The notes under the pieces are model-generated. The model saw nothing but the letters and a program-made list of their open reading frames with translations, did not search any database and was not told the origin of the DNA. A stretch of DNA of 64,000 nt, taken from NCBI GenBank assembly GCA_965285935.1, contig OZ260662.1:75702001-75766000 (forward strand), read 5' to 3'. The translations under genes and the position numbers were made by a program. This document shows, piece by piece, positions 49,301-63,783 of the stretch. Each line of letters opens with the position of its first letter. Position 1 is the first letter of the stretch. Origin of the DNA: Ophelia neglecta. Its lineage: Eukaryota.

Positions 49301-52300
49301 TTAAGGCGTGGACCTCATACATAAAAATAATGTTAATAAAATAACAACATACATACTTCATAGGTTCTAAGGGATTCAAGAGGGATGCGTGTTCCACTTG
49401 TGTGAGAGAGGGGGCAGAGGTCAGAGTTGATACTGATATATGAATAGGGAGGTTGTCATGGCCATACGACTACCAAGAATACGATTAGTTCCTACATGAT
49501 AAGAAAATATTATCACAAGAGGCGGTGGTCAGTTGATAGTCACTCGCTGCATGTTATCTTCTTTAAACATTCCAGTATTAAGAGTTGATACCGTGACCAT
49601 CTACCCCTACAGTAAATCTCACCTCAATTATAGTGGATCTATAAATGTGGCACTGTAATTTATGTTTGAAAACAAATTTTGGACAAATTGAATTCCAAAG
49701 AAAAATCATATTCATAGATAGCCAAAACTTCCTTGAAAGTTGGGTGGTTTCCCAATGAACATATTTGGGACTTGGGACCCAATTAGGCTTATTGACATAA
49801 CTTGTATAAGATAACTTTCCCACCTGAACACCACAAGGAATTCCCATGGAATATTGCAGCAGCCGGATTGATTGGGCTGAGATTTAAATAGTTATACAAA
49901 TTTAGCCTGCAGAATGGCGTATTTATACAAGAGATCGACCCTAATGTACATCAGCAGTTAAACAAACCGAGCTAAAGGTCAAGGAAATGGGTGTGCTGTT
50001 TGTATGGGACTTTTACTGATGACTTGGCCCACAGCTATTTATTTTCTCGGACTTAATAAACCATAGGAATGTTAAGGTATGGTGGCGATGTAACGTTTAT
50101 AAGTCGACTATAACGTCAACAAATCGCTGTTCTATACAAACTGATTAATGTCTGCCACCTGAATCTTTGACCAGACGCACAAATACCTAGATCATGACCA
50201 GTTCAAAGGAGATCGTACCTCAACACTGCGTTTGTTTTATGCAGGTGGAGACAGGCCATTTTCATAGCGATTGTAGCTATGGCGACTGAAATCGTAAGAT
50301 CCATCATCATTATTCCCCCGTAAACTATAGGGTAAACACTCACCTTGAAAGCACAATTTATAGTAAAAAAAAACCCTAAAGAGAACGTGTTTGGCGTTTT
50401 TGGTCATCTCTGTGGAAATTGTCACTGTTCGGTGTCGCCTAATATCGCTAATGTGAAGATGAAGGCAGCTTCTCCAGCTGTGAAAGCCAAAGGCCTTCCC
50501 ATTTGTTTGGCGTTTCAATGACACCCGTCTTGGTTACTCTACCAAAGCGTGCGATGACACACCTGGGAATTTCGGATGGCTTTTGAGTGTAACGTTAATA
50601 AGTAATTGTATGAAAATATAGCGGTCATTTAGCGGTAGTGGCTAATGTTATCACAGAAACATGCATCGACATCCATCTTCTTAAAGGAGCAGTCAAATCG
50701 ACACTATAACTTTACCAGAAACCATCGGTTCTTTTCAACCAACTAACTAACGCAAATCTGTATTGAAACGGGATCAACCGTTTGTAGAATGAAGTGAAGA
50801 AATAAGATATGGTATTATGTATTGTCGTCCTTCCAGAAGGTATGAAACTAATTAACGATATATATATATCAAGGTTGTAAGAGATATCGCAAAACAACCC
50901 CCATATCACGGAAAACTCAGCTTCGTTCACATTGCACATAAGTTTCCGTGGGAGTTGGTATGTGTTGGCACTACTTTTTTTGCCTAGTAATCAAGTCTGG
51001 ATATATATGCATACACATCGTTAGACATCGTGCTTGCCTTATCGTTTTAATTCTATATTCATAATAATCCACATGTGCATGTTTTCTCTCCAAAAACGGA
51101 CATCTACACTGAAGAACATGACCACCTGACAGTGATTAGCACTCTAATTACTAAACACGTCAAAGTGAATCCAACCAAATGCCCAATTGTAAGGAAAGTA
51201 ATAGTCGCACTACCAAAGGGCCAAATTTCGAGTAAATTGGGCGAACGAAAAGGGCGGAATATAGTCCCAAGGCACAGGCAATTGCCAGAAATCACATTTC
51301 AACCTTGCCAAGCGGACAGTAGTAAATCCGACATAAATACTATCATTGTGATAGTTTCTTTCGGCGAAGGAGTTTGTTTTGGATGAGAACAAATAAAGGC
51401 GAGTTGATGTAATTAGGTTCTCAGGTGCAATTTGCCGGTTGGCGGATGAACATGTCATGTCTGTCATCGTGCTTTGTCGCATGTTACGTGGAGATTTAAA
51501 CTAAGCCTATGTTGAAGGAACCTGAAGTGCATGGCCAATTTTCAACAGAGAACAGAGAAAATTTGCAATCAGACAGGTGGTCTGTGCTTTAAAAGGTGTA
51601 GTGTTGAGGGCAGATCAACATTACGATGTGAATTCACCTGGCTAAGCGAAATTAAGCCCCGCATGATAGCACGCAGGGTTTCTTTAAAACGTGAGGAAGC
51701 TTAGGTCAAAATCAACAGGCAGTCCTAAGAGAGGGTCGAATTAACAAGCAAAAACTTTTTGATGCCTATCTATTTTAGGGCATAAAATATACCTACCTGA
51801 CTGAAATTTGGATTCACAATTGACTACCTTTAGCGTTTTGTACAGGTTAAACTTCATTCTGCTCTCAAATAATACAAGTTGTCGTAAATTTTGTAAATAA
51901 TTGGGTCTTAGCTGGATATATAAAGAGAAACCCACAGGTAATATGAAGATGACTGCTCCCACTATATTTGAATCTATTGTGAACATCACCATATCTTAAA
52001 GAAAAGGGGGCCCGACCTTAAAATTGTTTATACGTAGAGTTTTATTTACAATGACAGTCTCTCTCTCCAACCTAATCATGAGGTAAACAATCTACACCGG
52101 CTTGAGATGAATAATTGTGTGGCGATCAAGGAGAGAATACGTGCCTTTCAGGATAGGAAAATAGTTCTGTCACGCAGGGCATTATTTAAAACTATCTGCG
52201 ACAGTAACTGCTAATAGGACTGGTACTAACGTATATTCGAACCACTATACTTAAACTGAACATATCATTTTAAAATAATGAGACTTGTCCCATTCACCTA

Positions 52301-55300
52301 GAGCCCTAGAGTGGACAGAATCGTATACCACCCTGGTAAGTTTACCGTCTGCTCATAAAGAATTGTGTACATTACCCCTGGGGTAGAAATAAAATACCTG
52401 GTCAGCATCACAAGCTTTCAACCCTCGATGCTATTATGGACATTTTCAAGGGCACAGCATTCTCGACATATCAGGTATGAATGGCCTGAAAAGCTCAGTA
52501 AATAATCAAATTCAACCGGTATCCTTTTACATGCCACCAACAACAAGTCTTGAGACCTTAAAAAGACTGATAACAGCTTGACGTTATTCACCGTTAACAT
52601 GTATTTAACCCCGCACCGCATCACATATAAATTATCACCATCTAGAATTACAGCAAAGATTGACAAATTTGTACAAGTTAGACACCCCATTCTCAATTTC
52701 TATTGTTGCTTTAAATTAAGCGTTCTAAACCATGACATGTCTAAGATCAAGCGTTGACAGTCCCCGAACTTGATAAGAAGTGAAATACAATACATATTTC
52801 ACAGAAAATGTGTATGTATTCATAAAACATCTGATTTCAATCAGGCAAAAAGGTTGGATATATCTTTGCGCTTACCTCTGGACCGGCAGGGTATCCCGAT
52901 AGATTTGCTGAACGCTTTTGAACGTATTTAATAATGAGTTATCCAGAAAGCTTTTTAATCTATAATTGTCCTGGGGGGTCTAGCCAAGGGTCACACAACA
53001 TTTAATAACATGTACGTTGAGAACTAGAGGCTGAATCCCGTCGATAGTGCCTCGCCGATAGAAAAGTCTATGAGTGATTTTTTCGCGATTCCAGCCATGT
53101 ACCCGGGTGATACAGGTGCACACAATCCGCGCCAAGCAGACGACATTCAGAGGTTTCTTCCACGGTTAGCTCACATCCAAATGATCAAAAAGCACCCCTC
53201 GCTGTTTGCTGGTATTGACGAAGCGACCAAGACGGTCTCTTTTGAATCGTGTTTTGACCAAACGTCAAAATAAAACTGAAGTGTCTGGATTATAAGTTGG
53301 AAAAGAAATTTGTCATCGCTGTATTGAACTTTCCCAGCGTTAGTGGTCTTCAATGGAAGTGCGCGACAAGGGCAAGATGTATGCAGCATTTATTCATCAA
53401 AAACACACTAAACCAGTGCCTTCCAGATTGTAATCATGTCCCTTTTTCGAGTGAACCAAGAGCACCCTGCTGGGGTTTTGTATTAGTAATGCATAGATGA
53501 CTGACTCAAATTACTATATTTTTAAGTCGACAGTAAAAGTTAGTGGTAACTATACATCCAATACGCGTTTTCTTGATCAAACCATTGAATAAAAGACACA
53601 TTGTCAATCATCTGAATCACCGTGCACTGACTCCTCGCCTCTAGCTAGTGTTAGAAATAAATATACCTCTTATCGAGAATAATCACCTTGCCGCAGCAAT
53701 AACTACCGAAACACTAGAAGCAATACCAGAAAATGCATTAGAAAGTCAATAAATCACACGTATATTTGGTTCCAGGCCAATTGGGAATTGTTTTCTATAC
53801 CCCTAGAGCTGTTTTTGTGTGTCATTGATGTTGACATGAGTGAAAAATAGACGACCATTTGAGGTCATATTTAACTAATGCCTTGTCCATAGCTTGTTAT
53901 AACACAGAGGGGATGATAAAAGATCCAAAGTAAGAGTAAATTGGATAAAATTGCTGTTCATAATGCACCAATGGAATCGGAATAAACAATCACATGGCTG
54001 GTCTTTCACAAGTTGAATATAGCCAGCCAGTCGTAAAAAGATAGTCAAAATTTAGTCAAAGTCAATGATAAACTCCTATTTGACACTTCCTTTTGGTGTT
54101 TTCCGTTGTTAAGTGGACTCAACAATGATTGAATTAAGACAAGTGTAAGCTTTCTTTGAAGTAAACAGAAGCATGATGACCGGGCTAGACAAAAAGAAAC
54201 TACAGTACAAAAATTGAGAAGAATCGAATTTGGTCAATCATCTCTGATATATGATACTGCTTTTGTGACATCCTCATAGTCTATAAACACGCCCCCTGCT
54301 GGATATCACAGTCGTAGATAAAGTACTAATTTACTTGGTTTTTAAAATACCAATTTGCCCCGCAGGCCCACGTCTTAATGGATTTTACATCTCGGGAGAG
54401 AGTTGTACTGGTCCTACAATCTGAAGACAGTTGGTCCCGACCTGATAAAGTAACTAATGGTAGATAATTATCTCCCTTGAGAATATGATTATCTTGGTAT
54501 TCATGCGAAATCAAGGTGGAAGAAACAAGAATTCTTTAGATCAATTTCCACCTAACAAAGACATTTCATGCGTCTTCTGCATTCTTTTATTGTGCATGCT
54601 TCACACCGCCCTGTGTTTGTAAGAGGCACATCATCAATCAAACGCTATTGTTTGATTTGAACTATGCGCAATCCACAGGAATGCAACGGATTTCAAAGAT
54701 ACCATCAAATCAATAACGTGTGTATGAAGTACACAAATGTACTTATTTATTATTGTTTTTTCATTATAGTTTATTCTCAGTGGTTCTCCTATAATAACGA
54801 GAGAACTAACCATAAACTTCATACTGCATGGATATTTCATGAAGTTCCATAAAGCGACGGAGAATTAACCGATTTTGACTTGGGTCTAATTTTCTGTTTC
54901 CCTGCTAACAGGCCTTTATCTAATTCCTGATACAGCCCTCAGGGGAACAAAATTGAATGACTCCTAACAATGTATGCAGGGACTTTTCTGTATTGAGCTA
55001 ATAAAACTCTCAGATTGATCTGTTGAAGAACGTAGTGCAGGCGCGTTACATGTACAGGACAGTACCAGGGACTACCTTGACAGTAACAGCAACATATATT
55101 CAAATTTATAGATAAATAAAAAATGATCTCATGAAAAGGTATGACGGATTGGCCGGCCCCCTGTGTCATATAATAGACAATACTACTACAATGGTACGTA
55201 CCTGACGGTGTCAAAAATATTCGTTGCTCCGATTATAACCATCCAAAAAAACAATATGCCTCAATATGCTTTCCGTTCGCCTTCGATAAACTAAATCTCA

Positions 55301-56561
55301 CCAAATGACACTATTATAACAGCACAGCCTGACAGCAGCCGTGAACGACCTGCAATATGCATATAGGCCCATGCGGTAAATGTTGTCCTTTTTGCTTATG
55401 ATCAAAGGCTTGGCACACGGGAGGCCTTAACTATAGCCACGGTACTCACATTAGAAAACCGATCACTTCAATCTCCCAGTGTGACTTCCTTTAAAAAGCT
55501 CTAGTTAAATATTTACGCCTCACAAGTACTTCCGTCAGTTCAATGTCCCGTGAAAAACGTCCTGATGTGATTTTAAATCTGGAAGCTTACTCTCCTATAG
55601 GTAAATAGTGTCGGTTATTTACTAATAGAGGTGAATACAGCTCATCCACAGCCGAAAACTTTTCCACAAGTACCACCAATGGCTTTAGCAACATTTTGGG
55701 CCAGGCCAAACTGAAGAATTGACTATTACATATGTACATGTGAACAGCAGCATTGCAACCCGAGCGAGAGCGTCAGCCAGGCAGAGCGGAGGGGCTCGCA
55801 GGCTTAGCCTCCGGCTATAGTATCATGGTTATGTCCATCTCGACTTAAAAGTAACTACGTGTATAATAATCAGTAAAGAGGTTAAGTGGAAAATCAACAT
55901 AGAAGAATAATTACACAACTGATTGTTAAGTAATTAGAAGTTAGCGACATGGACTCTGGCTAGGAATAATCGCACATTCTTCATCTGGCCTGTCTCATAG
56001 CAACACATGTTCGCTGAACTGTTTCTAAATCAAGTGTGAATTAATTAACATTTACGCTTTAAGGTGGAAATAAGGTAGTTACATGTCTAATTTACGACTT
56101 AGGAATACAATGATGGTGATGCAACTTTTACACATCGCCTGAGGACAATTTTGCCTTTTTTTGTATTTTACAAGTTGAACAAACAAATGATGATCAGAGG
56201 TTCTAGAACTCTATAGATTGTAGGATATAGCGGTGTTGGTGTTTTACAAAGAACTACACTGAAATCAGAGACACCATAGCTTGCTATTTCCGAGTATATC
56301 TGAGACCGTATATCAATGAAGCTGCTAAATACATTCTCGTTGTCATGAGTGGGGTCATTTTCGGTTCCATATATTAAGTAAATCAAGAAAGATAACATGA
56401 TAAAGGTTGTGAAAAAAAAGGAGTATGGCATTTTCAGAGAATCAAATTTTGTATAATATATATTCTAGATAATTTAAAACATAGTTAATATACAACATCG
56501 CCTTAGGACAATATCAAATCTGAAAATCCTAATACGCCGTCAGAATTTGTTTCACTCAGTC

Positions 56562-56703
56562 CAGGGTCATAGCTTCAAAATTTACTTGCCCGGATCTTAA
56601 TATCTGGGTTGCTTAAGACTGTCACACATGTTAATGAAACTGAAATTTACTTGCCCAACTTTCATTTTTACTTGCCCCGGGCAGTCGTTGATGTCAGGCC
56701 CAG
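56562..56703. mobile_element. Degenerate hAT-like MITE remnant
   Basis: Starts caggg, contains three tttacttgccc subterminal repeats and ends ggcccag. No clear TSD. Confidence 0.35.
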
Positions 56704-59700
56704 CGCCTGTCGTAATATCTAATCAGAGGAACATAATAATAGCATGAGTACACAGACGATTCGAATCATGACCTGCTTAAATACCGATATAACAACACTA
56801 GGGCCTACCGTCTTTCGTAGCAGCGGGGTATGGGCATCGGAAAGCACCGCCAGCAGAGTATGACAAATATGGCACATGACAATATTTTACAAGTCTAATT
56901 TACCGAATTTACTCGTGATTCTGAATCCTTTGAAACCTAATTTGTATCCCCGACAGGTAGATTATGTAACTTGGACAGGTACCTTGGGTCATCATGTAAC
57001 TCTAATGGCCACCCATAGAGGGGCTCTTTGTCAATAGTCAACAGTATTAAAGGCATTACCGACATGAAAAGAACCAGAGAAGCTCTGTCTCTGTGGTCAA
57101 TACATTCTATTGCTTGGTTAGATATGTCGACTGATTATTATCAGGCAAGCCATCCCAAACATTGATTTCTGTCGTATGTTGGCGGGTAACTACTACTACC
57201 CTGGTCACAGACGTTATTGTGACGTTCCTGACTACCTTGGGTGTTAACGGCGCTGTGAGCAGGGTAGCCGGTAACCAGCGACATGGCTAAACTTGTCTGG
57301 AGGCTGGAAGGTCCTGAATCAACATTCGATCACATCAGCTCATGTGAATATCAACAACTCCTGGCTATACAAACCCCAGCAGATCTGTTTTTATAATAGT
57401 CCATTGATATAGGCCTAGAGTTTGTTTTTTTAAATCCATTTTCGGAGACTTTGAGAAGCCGCTTACGCAGACACAAACTGTTCACTTGTAGTTACTTAGG
57501 GTTTATAAACGGATTACTACGCTACGCTTATAAGAATCATTGCGCGTTTGTAACAATGGTTTAAAGAATCGTCAAGCGTTCATTGACAAAAAGTATCCGT
57601 TTTACGGTAAATATCAAAGGTAAATTTACGCAGAACATTACGTTGGTGTTTACCCTGTGCTTCATTTTCATTTAAAACTGGATTTTTAAAAATCAAGCTT
57701 ATCAAAATATGGATAGAAACTTACTAAGATGCGGAATATTGACAGATTTCTGTGGAAATACAAATCTGCCGTTTGATTCTTTGGCGTCTTTCTTATTTAC
57801 GATAAATTAAGGCAAGTGAGTATCAACGGACAAATCTTTTAAAAGGAACCGCCATTTACCCGGTTATACATCAGTCATTTATCATAACAGGCACTGTGGG
57901 CGTTATTGTAAAAATAAATTGCCGAAACACCTTCTTATGCTTATGAATACCAATAAAAATAATTATTTGCTATGAGTATGGCAGCTGCTTGACACACTTC
58001 TGATTGGTAGATTCATAAATTGAAACGACAGATGTTCTGACTCCAAATAAATAAAAATTAGGGAATATCAACTTTCAAATTGTCGACCCCGAGTTCAATT
58101 CGTTCACCTCAAGGTGATTCAGGACACCTAAAGTAAATAGTCCTTTACACCAATGATATATTTCTAATAAAAGATGGCCAGCGTGCTGCTCAAAGTGTGT
58201 CCCTGGTCAATAAAAAAGGGGAACAATACTTATTAAACCGTGAAAATATCAGCTGCCTCTTCACTTTTCGACAAACTTCATACAGTACTACATGCTGTTT
58301 GTCGACACGTGTGTGATTTGAAATCATAATTGCATACAGACAACTGAAAAGGGTACATAATTGACCAGGATAGGGTTATTACTTGTGAATTGCTTTCACA
58401 AGCAATAGACCAAACCTTACAATTGACAATCATGAAGCATGTTTGCCTTGGCGAATAACACATATTTGAATTGCCCACTTGGCCAGTTTCCCACTGTTGC
58501 CATTATATAACTACGTTATTTCACCCACCTTATCGAAGCACATACCTGCTATATTTCCAAGACAAGAATGCAGAACTTAGCCTCAGAGAATTGTGCCATG
58601 TAATTCAATCATAACATCGTTAAGGCTTACAGATCTGATTATCGATTAGGATAACTGCCTACTAGGGACTGGGGGGGGGGGGGTGTGGATCAATTAGTCT
58701 CACACGCGCTAAAGAAGTTTACATTTCTATAAAAACAGACAGGTTTTGATCAAGGTAACACATTACCCTGTGATATTTGCTTAGAACTTCCGGAGTTCTA
58801 GGGCACTGACGCTTGCTTTGAAATCTTCAGTTTACTTGTGCTCGTCTGATCGTATATATTGTTACAATTCAAATAGAGTTAGCAATTAGCATCAATCTCC
58901 ATTGACGAGCGTCCCAAGCAAGTACAAGTTAGTCTGGCGGAAATAATGCCAAATTGTTAATACCTGTATAATTATTAAGGAATCTTACCATTTTCATACC
59001 AAAGTCCCATGTTCAGATATTTGGAAATACATGTAGTCGTATATGACAAGCAATAAGTACCACATATAGTCCTTTAGTCCTGAGAATGGCACTAGCTACT
59101 TCATCTGCAACAGGTGTAGGGGTCAAACTCATACCCAGAGTAACAAGCACGCCCTCTGAGGCGGGCTGGTCAGATCCCAGTATTCATCCGCGCTGGGTCG
59201 CCATTCAATAGACTCCCGCCGACTTCCTAATTTAAGAGTGGTCCTGATGACTGGCCTTGATTGCTCCAAGTCACGAACGCGCGTGCTGCCAACAATGTCG
59301 GTTTCTTTGGCGGGCCACCTTGTAAAGAATGATTAGGTCGGAATTTGCCTGTTCGACTACAAGAAATAGGTCTACATCGTATCGATGAAAGCTTGATTTT
59401 TTTCTGCGAAAGGCGATTCAATTCGTTTTAAATCGACCTAATATTTTAATACATTAATTTTGTAAGAGAAAAATTGGATTTTCTACGAAAGTACTAAAAT
59501 CATTGATTATAGACTTTTATTTGAAAATCAACAAACACACGGTAGGCCTATAGAAAAGGACCTAAACATATGGTTAAATATGCAAGATATTAAATGTAAT
59601 AAAACTGTAGGATCATATAAACTCATTTATATAATAATATAGAAACGCTTTCTGGGAAATACATACATAGGCTATTCCATGTTGTCAGTTTTCGATAACT

Positions 59701-62700
59701 TTTCATGCATGCTTATAATTGACGAAAGCTGCCGTCAAGGTTGAATATATAAAACAAATCTGGCCCTATGCATTAATGTGCTAAGATGGGCCGCTCTTTG
59801 AGAGTTATTTAGTCTGTAGTCATAAGTAATCCTATGGTGTCAAGAACAATGTAAAGTAATAGCCTCAGTTCCATGTGTTAATATATAACCAAGCACATTG
59901 TGAGCTGCATTTAGGCCAAGACTCGCGAAAAAGAACGCCAGTCTATATCACAAAATCCAGGGAGATACCAAAAACACCAAACCTTTGACACCTTCTTTGA
60001 AGTGTATAACAGAAAACAATAATTCAAATTTAATAAGAGCTGGCGAAACTGCTGTTTGCTATGGACAAATACCTCCTGTGTGGGGCAATACCTAGCTAGT
60101 ACTTCCCTCTTTACTATCAAATTCATCGTAGATTCTACACACGGTGTCCCCTGTAGTCATGTATAGTTTAAAGTGGAAAGATATATTGCCCAATCTCTAA
60201 TAAATTCTACAATACGACGAGACTGGGGTTAATTGAATATCATAGTTGCCTTAACAGGTTGAAGGGATCTGATAGACGGTGCTAGCCTTGTTCTAACAAT
60301 CAACAGCCCTACATTAAGGGGTATGTACATGAATTTTCACGAGTCACTTACAAGTGACAGAAACTTTAACAGCGGCGAACATTTTAAAAAAGTTAAATAG
60401 ATGACTTTTTCTTGCAATGACATGCTACTAGGGCATGCTAAAATTGTCAACAATCCTGAACAAACTATATGACCAACACCACGTTCAACTGAAGAATAAA
60501 CTACTCTATCGTAGTCAAAAACTGGAACTCTATATTTCTGGTCAAGTGAGTGTGACATTAAAGCTTTATGTGTGTGTACATGTTATTTTTTACACACTGT
60601 GAAGGAGGTAGTTGAATGCGCATTGCGAAGACATATATACAGGTATAGATTGATTCAATTCTCCTTCAGCTACGATGGTGATTATCAAACACAGTGAATA
60701 AGGATCACTCAAAAAAGAGAGCCATCTACCATCAATTGATAAGAGGTTGTTAAAGGTCTTATCTCCACATTGTACATACTTGTATATCTAGAGTTAACAT
60801 TTGTTGGGCGTGTAATATCAAAATAGACGCAAAGCCTTCATTTACGTTATACAACAAATTGTTCATTGTCTGCCAACAAATATAATACATTCAGAAGTTT
60901 ACATGCAGCTTAATTTTTCAAAGTGCAAAATGTTTATTTAATGGTCATGAGGATATTACTATGCCACCGATTTAATAAAATCATAATAATATGTACCAAA
61001 CTGTACGTATGTACAGAAGATATTCGGGATAAAACAACTTATAATTTACCTCCCCTTTGAAAAACACCAAACGACTAAACATGTGAAAGTTTGGAGCTAT
61101 TATACCAAATAGTTCCAAAGTGTTGAGATCAAATTAGGGTTTTTTTTAAACCATCTCGTCATTTAGTTCTCACGAGATTTGGCCTCCTTTTCACAGCGAC
61201 ATGTATGATAAAAAGAATTCTGATTCCGTATTCCGTGCTCTTCAGATTCATAATGGCCAAAGCTGTTACAACAACAGGGGGCAGTGCAATGTTGGCTAAG
61301 TCTACATGAAGTGGAATTATTGTGCAGTATGGTAAATATGATACTGAAACAGTGGTTTACAAATGGATAACTGGTTAATACTTGACACTCTGCTCCCTTC
61401 ATTTAATATATTGATTTATAAAACTATGCCAGTAACACACATAGGCTATTTTTCTAAATTGTATGGTAATTGGTTAATATTTTACAACGTTTCACTCAAA
61501 GAAGTTTTCAGTGAAGTTCGAGTAGTGAATGTTTGAACATTAGGTAGAGCTGGGTTTGCTCACCTCTTACAGTTATTGGTGGTTGGAAGGCGTGGTCTAC
61601 CAATCAACAAAATGCTTTCTACCAGACGACCTCCAAAAACACCCGAGCATACTTTTAGTTGAAAATGTACACAGAGTTTAACCTGACCCTGCTGACGGTA
61701 CAACGTTCTCATAGAAACCTTCTGAATATAATATAGAAGAGGTGTCAGCCTTGTGACCTTTCAAAGCACTCGGGTGAACCAAGGAGCTTTTAAGGAAGAA
61801 ATTAACAACAAATATTAGAATAAATATCTACTAATGTTGGAGTAAATATTTGAGCACACCCCAAGAGGTTATCAACGTTGGGTTTCCATTGATGCCAGCA
61901 AGTTTCAACCGAAATTACCTTCAGCAGGTGTGTAATAGTTAAACAGATTTAAAACGCTTTACCTTGAAGTTGAAAGACTGAAATGGCATATCGACTGAAC
62001 ATCATTACTTATTTAGAAATATCAACATATCCCGCAAAAGATCGCAATCATAGGCTACAAAACGGCATAAATTTGACTGGCGAATTGAAGAGACTGCGCC
62101 AAATCGTGCACCAGGTTCAGGAGATATTTTGTTAAAATGTGTTTTGTGTTAACTAGTTTGTCGGTATAATGTTCAACATAACAATTAAAGTGTTATGTTT
62201 AAACACATGTTGTTAAATATTCCGATAATTCCTGCCACTGTTGTGCTTATGTAGTGTATTGGAAATTCTACAGGTAAATTGTGTTTAGTGATATATCTTT
62301 TAAAAGTTAATACTGTGAAACAAATTGTATGCACTCCAACATCTATAATATGCGTTTTACAGGTGTGTTTAATGGCAATGCAGGTTTCAATTCATGTGAT
62401 ATCTGTGGGTTTATTTACCCCCCCCCCCCCCCCCCCCCTGCTAGCTGTCTCGTATTTGGCTGAAGTAACATACTATGGTCTAAGGTTGGAAACATCGAAA
62501 GGTTAGTGGCAGTAAAACTCTATTGTTGAGGACTAAATGCGAGCAAGCGTCCTCTTAACAACTCGGACACCGTAAAATATAACAGCCTAATGCCTGTCAC
62601 TCAAATAAATGTAACATATAGGCCTATATGTGCACCAATTTTACATTATTTCGGTCTTTAAATTATACAAGCTTGACTTGTGGGTGCATGCTTCAATAAC

Positions 62701-62799
62701 CCAGCAGCCAACCCATCACATGCATGCACATGATTGTTGATTTGGACTTGATCAGTAACGTGTGCACTTATCAGGAAAGAGCGATTGATATGGATATTG

Positions 62800-63346
62800 A
62801 ATCCGAGACAAAAGGGTCCCGGACATAACGGTACCGGTCATAATGGACCCGGACGAAATGGTCCAACGGGTACAAGCGGACATAATGGTCCCATCAGCGA
62901 AAACAAAATGTTACAAGAAAAAAAGCCATATCAAGTGTTTTTAATAACCTTCAGTTAATATTCCTTTGATTTTTTCCTTTTTTCCACACAAAAAAAGAGG
63001 AACAAAATCATAGATAGTACTTTCTAATTGTACATACATTTGACAGCCAAAATCTGTTTATCACTTTCTATGATACAATAACATTATGTTTACAACACAG
63101 AATCGGTTCATTGGGAGAACAAATAAAGTAAAAAAACAAATAAAAATGCTTCTAAAATGTTTGATGAAAGTTCATTATTAGCAATGATACATATTTCTAA
63201 GAAACATTTAACAAATATTTTTTTCCTTTTGTTGACAGGACCATTGAGTCCATTTTTCCATCTGGGACCTTTTATGTTCGGGACTATTTTATCGGTGACG
63301 TTTATGTCCGGGACCATTATGTCCAGGACTGTTAAGTTCGGACATC
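62800..63346. mobile_element. Non-autonomous DNA element with inverted arrays of 15-bp subterminal repeats
   Basis: Left array of ggacataatggtccc-like units (62806-62892) and right array of gggaccattatgtcc-like units (63238-63340), with an AT-rich core. Confidence 0.65.
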
Positions 63347-63375
63347 ATGAAGATTGTGTTCCGGCTTAGGTGGAG

Positions 63376-63400
63376 CCAATTCACTTGTAACCATGGTAAC
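63376..63400. promoter_or_regulatory. RFX X-box with adjacent CCAAT
   Basis: GTAACCATGGTAAC (63387-63400) fits the consensus GTNRCC-N2-RGYAAC; CCAAT at 63376-63380. Confidence 0.4.
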
Positions 63401-63643
63401 TGCACAAACTTTAAACGATGCTTGCCTTTTACTCAACCGCAACATTAACAAGTGGCTGCAAGCTGCACGCCTTGGTTTTAGTACCTTCATGTGTTCCATT
63501 GTTTAAAATAAAATAATTCCAATGGGAAATTCGTCATGATATTTTGCGACACATGGCAATTAACAATGATGATAGATTTGGCCTTTTCTGAAATTAGAGG
63601 ACTTCCTAGCAATTACATTGTCCAGTGGACAAACAACTTCAAC

Positions 63644-63704
63644 ATGCTAAATACGTTTATGTATTTCATTACCATTGTTATTGGTTTTTATTGTGGGCAG
63701 CTGT
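63644..63704 (+). CDS. Candidate first coding exon (signal-peptide-like) of a gene continuing beyond the window
   Basis: MLNTFMYFITIVIGFYCGQL followed by a phase-1 GTGAGT donor at 63705, about 250 bp downstream of the X-box/CCAAT. No homology support. Confidence 0.25.
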
Positions 63705-63742
63705 GTGAGTACCTCAGTGTTGGTATTATAGACGTAGGTAGA

Positions 63743-63745
<3 letters not shown>

Positions 63746-63778
<33 letters not shown>
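63746..63778. repeat. (AT)n microsatellite
   Basis: About 16 perfect AT units. Confidence 0.95.

Positions 63779-63783
<5 letters not shown>

Noticed and set aside
47253-62506. Numerous 60-100 aa ORFs, including poly-Pro/Gly ones at 47.3 kb and 62.4 kb
   Set aside because: Expected by chance; many use non-ATG starts; poly-Pro/Gly derives from G/C homopolymers; no domain similarity recognised.
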